This document shows positions 60,098 through 64,000 of a stretch of 64,000 bases of DNA, in pieces. Below the pieces are notes generated by a model. The model did no database searches, had not been told where the DNA came from, and was given only the letters and a program-made list of their open reading frames with translations. The DNA is taken from NCBI GenBank assembly GCA_002269645.1, contig NIVC01000001.1, forward strand, positions 2,542,001 to 2,606,000. Direction: 5' to 3'. Made by a program: the position numbers and the translations under genes. Origin of the DNA: Macrostomum lignano. Taxonomy: Eukaryota. Positions within the stretch are counted from its first letter, which is position 1; each line of letters opens with the position of its first letter.

Positions 60098-62435
60098 TCA
60101 GGCATCCTCAAACTGCTCATCAGTGTCCATAGGCTGCTGATCGCCGCTACCAGCAGTAGGAAATCCTATGGAGGCTCCGTTTTCGTCGCCATAGTCGAAG
60201 CCGTCGCCGTTGCCGTCGTCAACATCATCATCGGCTTCCTCGTCGTCCTCTTCATTGGAGTCTGTGTCCTCCGCGTCCGGGTGCAACGCTTGACAGTCGG
60301 ACACCGCCTGGAATAAGCCAGGAGAGGCAAATGCGCGACTGGTGAAGCACCATAGGAGTCACCATAGTCAGTAGAGAGTTGTTGGCGACAACTTTTTTTA
60401 GCGATTCTTGTCTCGGAATTGTTTTCAACGGGTCAATTAAGGAGCAAAACCGCAAATATGAAGAGGTAAACCAGCATACTTAGGTAAATCTGGGACCAAA
60501 ACTAGGGGTGGAACGATATCTAATTTATGAGATTTTTGAGACTCAAGATCTATACTTTCCAGATAATCAAGATTCGATCGAGATTCGAAATTAAGCCTTA
60601 TTTGTATCTGTAGGCCTATTTACACTATTTTATCGATCAAAGTTAATATTGTAACTTGCTAAATGTATACAGTGATGATAATAGAAATAAAAGCAATGAT
60701 TATTTAATATTGAGCTTGTTAATAACTTGATGTATATCAAATGTAAGTATGATATTTAATAACATTGGCAAGCTTCCTGTCTGTTTTGCGACATTATTTT
60801 CAAGTTTGAATCTGTGGTACAACATAGTGCCTCTGAGCACTAGATAGAGCAGTTTATAGATAGTAAATCGAGCAGTAGCTAAAGTGGTAGATAAAGCAAT
60901 AGATAGGGCCGGCGCGTCGCCACCGGGGGGGGACAGGGGGGACATGCCCCCTCCATTAAAAGCTCTGGGGGGACATGCCAATGCTTTGTCGTGAGTCGTT
61001 GCGGTAATTAATTAATTGCGGTAATTTTTCTTCAGCGCGCCAAAATATAGCGCCTTTGGCGCCAAAATGAATGCCTGTGGCGCTGAAATGAGTGCCTGCA
61101 GAGCTAAAATGAGAGCCTGTGGCGCTGAAATGAGTGCCTGCAGAGCTAAAATGAGAGCCTGTGGCGCTGAAATGAGTGCCTGCGGCGCAAAAATAAGTGC
61201 CAAAACTTAGTCATGTACATGTACATGTTGAATTTTTGGCTTTGTCCACCCCAACATAAAATCCATGGCAACGCACCTGGATAGGGCAGTAAAAGTAGCA
61301 ATAGATGAAGCAGTAGATAGAGTGATAGATAGAGCAGTAGAAAAGAGCTAGAGGCTAGAGCATTTTCTGACACCACTTTCTATCCATTTTGGCCACAGAC
61401 ATTATTTTCTACCATGGGCCATGGCACTATGTTGCAGCACCGATTTAAACTTGAAAATATCAGAAAACAAGCTGGAAGATCGCCATAACTGCATAATATC
61501 ATAGTCACTAATAGTAGTATAATCGCAAATCTTGACTTTTTTTCGAGATCTCGAAACCGAGATCGAGATTGAAAAAAGTGCTGAGATCTTGACGATCGAG
61601 TAGCCTAGTGGTTAAAGAGTCGGACTTACGACTTGAAGGTCGGGGTTCGATTCCCGATCCCACTGGCTCAATTTGTGTCCTTGAGCAAGACGCTTAAGAC
61701 ACTCAACCCTGCATTGCTTCAGTTCACCCCGCTGAAAATGGGTGCCAGCATTAGCTGGGATAATTGAGGCTGTGTTCTTGGACTGAACAGCCTTACGCAG
61801 CCTTCAGATGCGCGGCGCAATGGCTGCGGCTGAGCTGTCGGTTGCACATCTGGCCCGATTGGGGCAGGTGAAATCAATCATTATATTATTATTGTTGACG
61901 ATCAAGCTCTTGTCCAACCCCTAACCAAAACAGTGTCGCAATCAACCGCAATCACCTGAAACACTGTCATCAGTGCGTCGCCGGGTGCGTCTGCTGGCGC
62001 ATAAAATCTAACCTCCGTATCCGTCTCGGAATCTTCGTTGTCGTCTTGAAAGTCGCCGCAATCGTCGCCGTCGCCATCTTCCTCGCCGTCCGCACCGTTG
62101 CCGCTCTGGCCGGCCTCGCCGAGCAGATCTCCGCGCACCAGCAGGTACAGGTGCGACCGGGCATCTGCGCCGCCAGATTTGGCCAGGCCGTGCAGACCAA
62201 TAGCCGGATAATTAAGCGAGAAACCGACACTCTGAGCTGGCCCGTCGCCAAACCAGGCTAGGCGGGACTCGGCCACGTACAGGCAGCCGGTGCCCAGGCG
62301 GCGACTGCCGAGCCAGGCCTCGGCGCCCGGCATGGAGCAGCGCAGGCCTTCAGTTGGCGGCGGAGGCGGATTAGAGGCCGCGGCGCCGGGCAAACCGCCG
62401 CCAGCTGCCGGCTGTTGGCCTGGGGAGAATGACAT
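60098..62435 (-). CDS. CLNS1A: Methylosome subunit pICln; exons 62435-61956 and 60307-60098; 229 aa
   Basis: LGTGCLYVAESRLAW..GFSLNYPAIGLHG..HLYLLV, acidic tract, EVRF; exon 2 SDCQALHPDAED..QFEDA; phase-0 GT-AG intron. Confidence 0.93.
60530..61595. mobile_element. Foldback / non-autonomous DNA element with imperfect inverted arms, in the pICln intron
   Basis: 60766-60832 is an imperfect reverse complement of ~61424-61492 (ggcactatgttg..ttaaacttgaaaat..ggaag..gcca); weaker inverted similarity (tcaagatct, tcgagat) extends outward; exact ends unclear. Confidence 0.55.
60910..61279. mobile_element. Non-autonomous hAT-type MITE (370 bp)
   Basis: 8-bp direct repeat GATAGGGC at 60902-60909 and 61280-61287; imperfect TIRs cggcgcgtcgcca / tggcaacgcacctg; internal gcgccaaaat-type repeats. 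Confidence 0.75.
61593..61895 (+). mobile_element. tRNA-derived SINE with CORE-like central domain
   Basis: A box tagcctagtggtt at 61601; B box ggttcgattcc at 61644; tgtgtccttgagcaag..cttaa..cttcagttc..ctgaaaatggg resembles the MIR/CORE consensus; (TAT/ATT)n tail. Confidence 0.75.
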
Positions 62436-62759
62436 GATGACAGCTGGGCTGCGGGCGATGGGAGAGATTTGACAGCTCTGATATAGCGGTCAGCTAGGGT
62501 GAAAATAATAACAATAACTAGATTGTGACGGCAAAAATCACTGTTAGCAAAAATGTAATATAAAATACATGTTTTTGTGTTTTTATTTTCTAAGAAATCA
62601 CGAGATAAGCTTTTTAATGACCACCCCTGTGCCACCCCAGATCGGATGCTGCAGAAATATCTTGAACATTCTCCACTAACTGAGGGTGGCATCCCAATTT
62701 GATGCACACAAGATACACTACTATTATCTACAAGTCAGATTATATATGGTGTCTGCGCC

Positions 62760-63910
62760 TAGAAAACCATGACTGACAACCCCTCTATGGATTTTACAGA
62801 GGGAAGCTAAGAGAATCATCACTGATTTGGTAGCCACCACCCTTGGTGAATGAGGGGTTTCAAAGCCTTCGACTGGACTCCAACTACAATGAGCAGTCCT
62901 ATGGGGCTTGAATATGTGGCTATGGCTCCTACAGGAGTCCCTCTGGTACCAGGCCACTATCTTGTGGTCACTCAACCTCAACACTCAGTCCTAATGAGGC
63001 TAGAACTTCAGCAGCTTGATGAATCTCTGCTATAATAGCCAATATATTTAAGAGCATTAGGTCAAGGTTTAAAGAGAGTGGCTCAGGCCATAAGTCCATA
63101 ATTCCAATTTGGCTCTATACCATACAAGCCAAAGGCACTATCCCAGCTGACAAATGGTAAATATTCAAGTTAATGATGCCATGCCATTTCATGTGATCCA
63201 TGTTGTCTGGCCATGGCTAGAGTTAGCAACAACTGTTACCAATCATATAGCTAGCTATATGATAGCCATAACTGCAATAGTGGCAAGAGTTATAGCTGTA
63301 GCTAGAGCCCTAGGATCCATAGAAATAGCAATTTGATATGATGAAATAGTCTATCATTCCTGGCTACATGAGGCAAGCCTATCAAATATGTAAGCTGTAA
63401 AGTAAGGACTAAAACAATATTTGTAGTGAATAGCTTATCAATTAATTGATAAATTAGACCACATTATTATAATCTTTTTGTATACTATATGCCTATATTA
63501 ATAACCCAAACTTATAGTTATCTTTCTTATCTATAAGAGGTAAAGATAATAGATATCAATTTATTATGTAAAACAATATGTGGTTTATTTTTAAAAAGTG
63601 CATATTATTTTTTTTACTTATATTAAATAATAAGGTATATTTTCTTAGCCTATAAGAAAATTATTTTAGTTTGTTTTGATAATAAGATTTGTTTTACAAG
63701 ACTTTAGCCAATAAGAGCTTTAGCCTTTCTCTTTGTTTTTTATATTAAATCAGAAATTAGATTAAAAAATCAACTACATATATTGATTAAAATGAATATA
63801 AAACAAAAATATCTTATTCCCTAGACAGACAAAGAAAAGTCTATAATATATAACACTTTTTACTCTTAAAGTAGAATTTTTTCAAACAAAAGAATACTAG
63901 GCCTCAGGGT
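62760..63910. other. CpG-void block, possibly a decayed mobile element
   Basis: Only one CG (62870) between 62758 and 63921; stop-riddled + frame from 62769. Confidence 0.45.
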
Positions 63911-64000
63911 TTTTTTTTGTGCGCAGAGTGTGCGTATGCACCCTAAATTTTAAAATCGCACCCTGAAATTAAAAAAGTAGGTGCGGTTTAGGTGTGGTCT

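Noticed and set aside
61593-61670. tRNA gene
   Set aside because: The anticodon and acceptor stems pair poorly, and the sequence continues into a CORE-like body and simple-repeat tail, so it is a SINE head

Overview
Animal (metazoan) genomic DNA with GC-rich exons and introns packed with tandem repeats. The style suggests a Macrostomum-like flatworm, but that is inference only. Three genes were reconstructed by hand from splice sites and phase matching. (1) A LAR-family (type IIa) receptor tyrosine phosphatase on +: 21 exons from ~919 to 49953, 6621 nt, 2206 aa, with 3 Ig domains, ~9 FN3 domains plus a membrane-proximal region, TM, and tandem D1/D2 PTP domains. (2) A divergent C-terminal-motor kinesin-14 on +: 5 exons, 53443-57973, 859 aa, with a CUE/UBA-like segment. 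(3) pICln/CLNS1A on -: 2 exons, 62435-60098, 229 aa. About 45 tandem arrays fill the introns and spacers, and the pICln intron holds a hAT-type MITE inside a foldback element, next to a CORE-type tRNA SINE. Main hunt results: an intron-encoded signal peptide that would give a short, Ig-less LAR isoform; inverted minisatellite arrays clamping the TM and juxtamembrane exons (circRNA/loop-out architecture); introns at the vertebrate meA/meB microexon positions with candidate 15-nt and 6-nt microexons; a divergent duplicated exon in the kinesin; and a sharply bounded CpG-void block at the window end. Most long ORFs in the supplied track are artefacts of repeat arrays. No database searches were possible; family assignments rest on remembered motifs.
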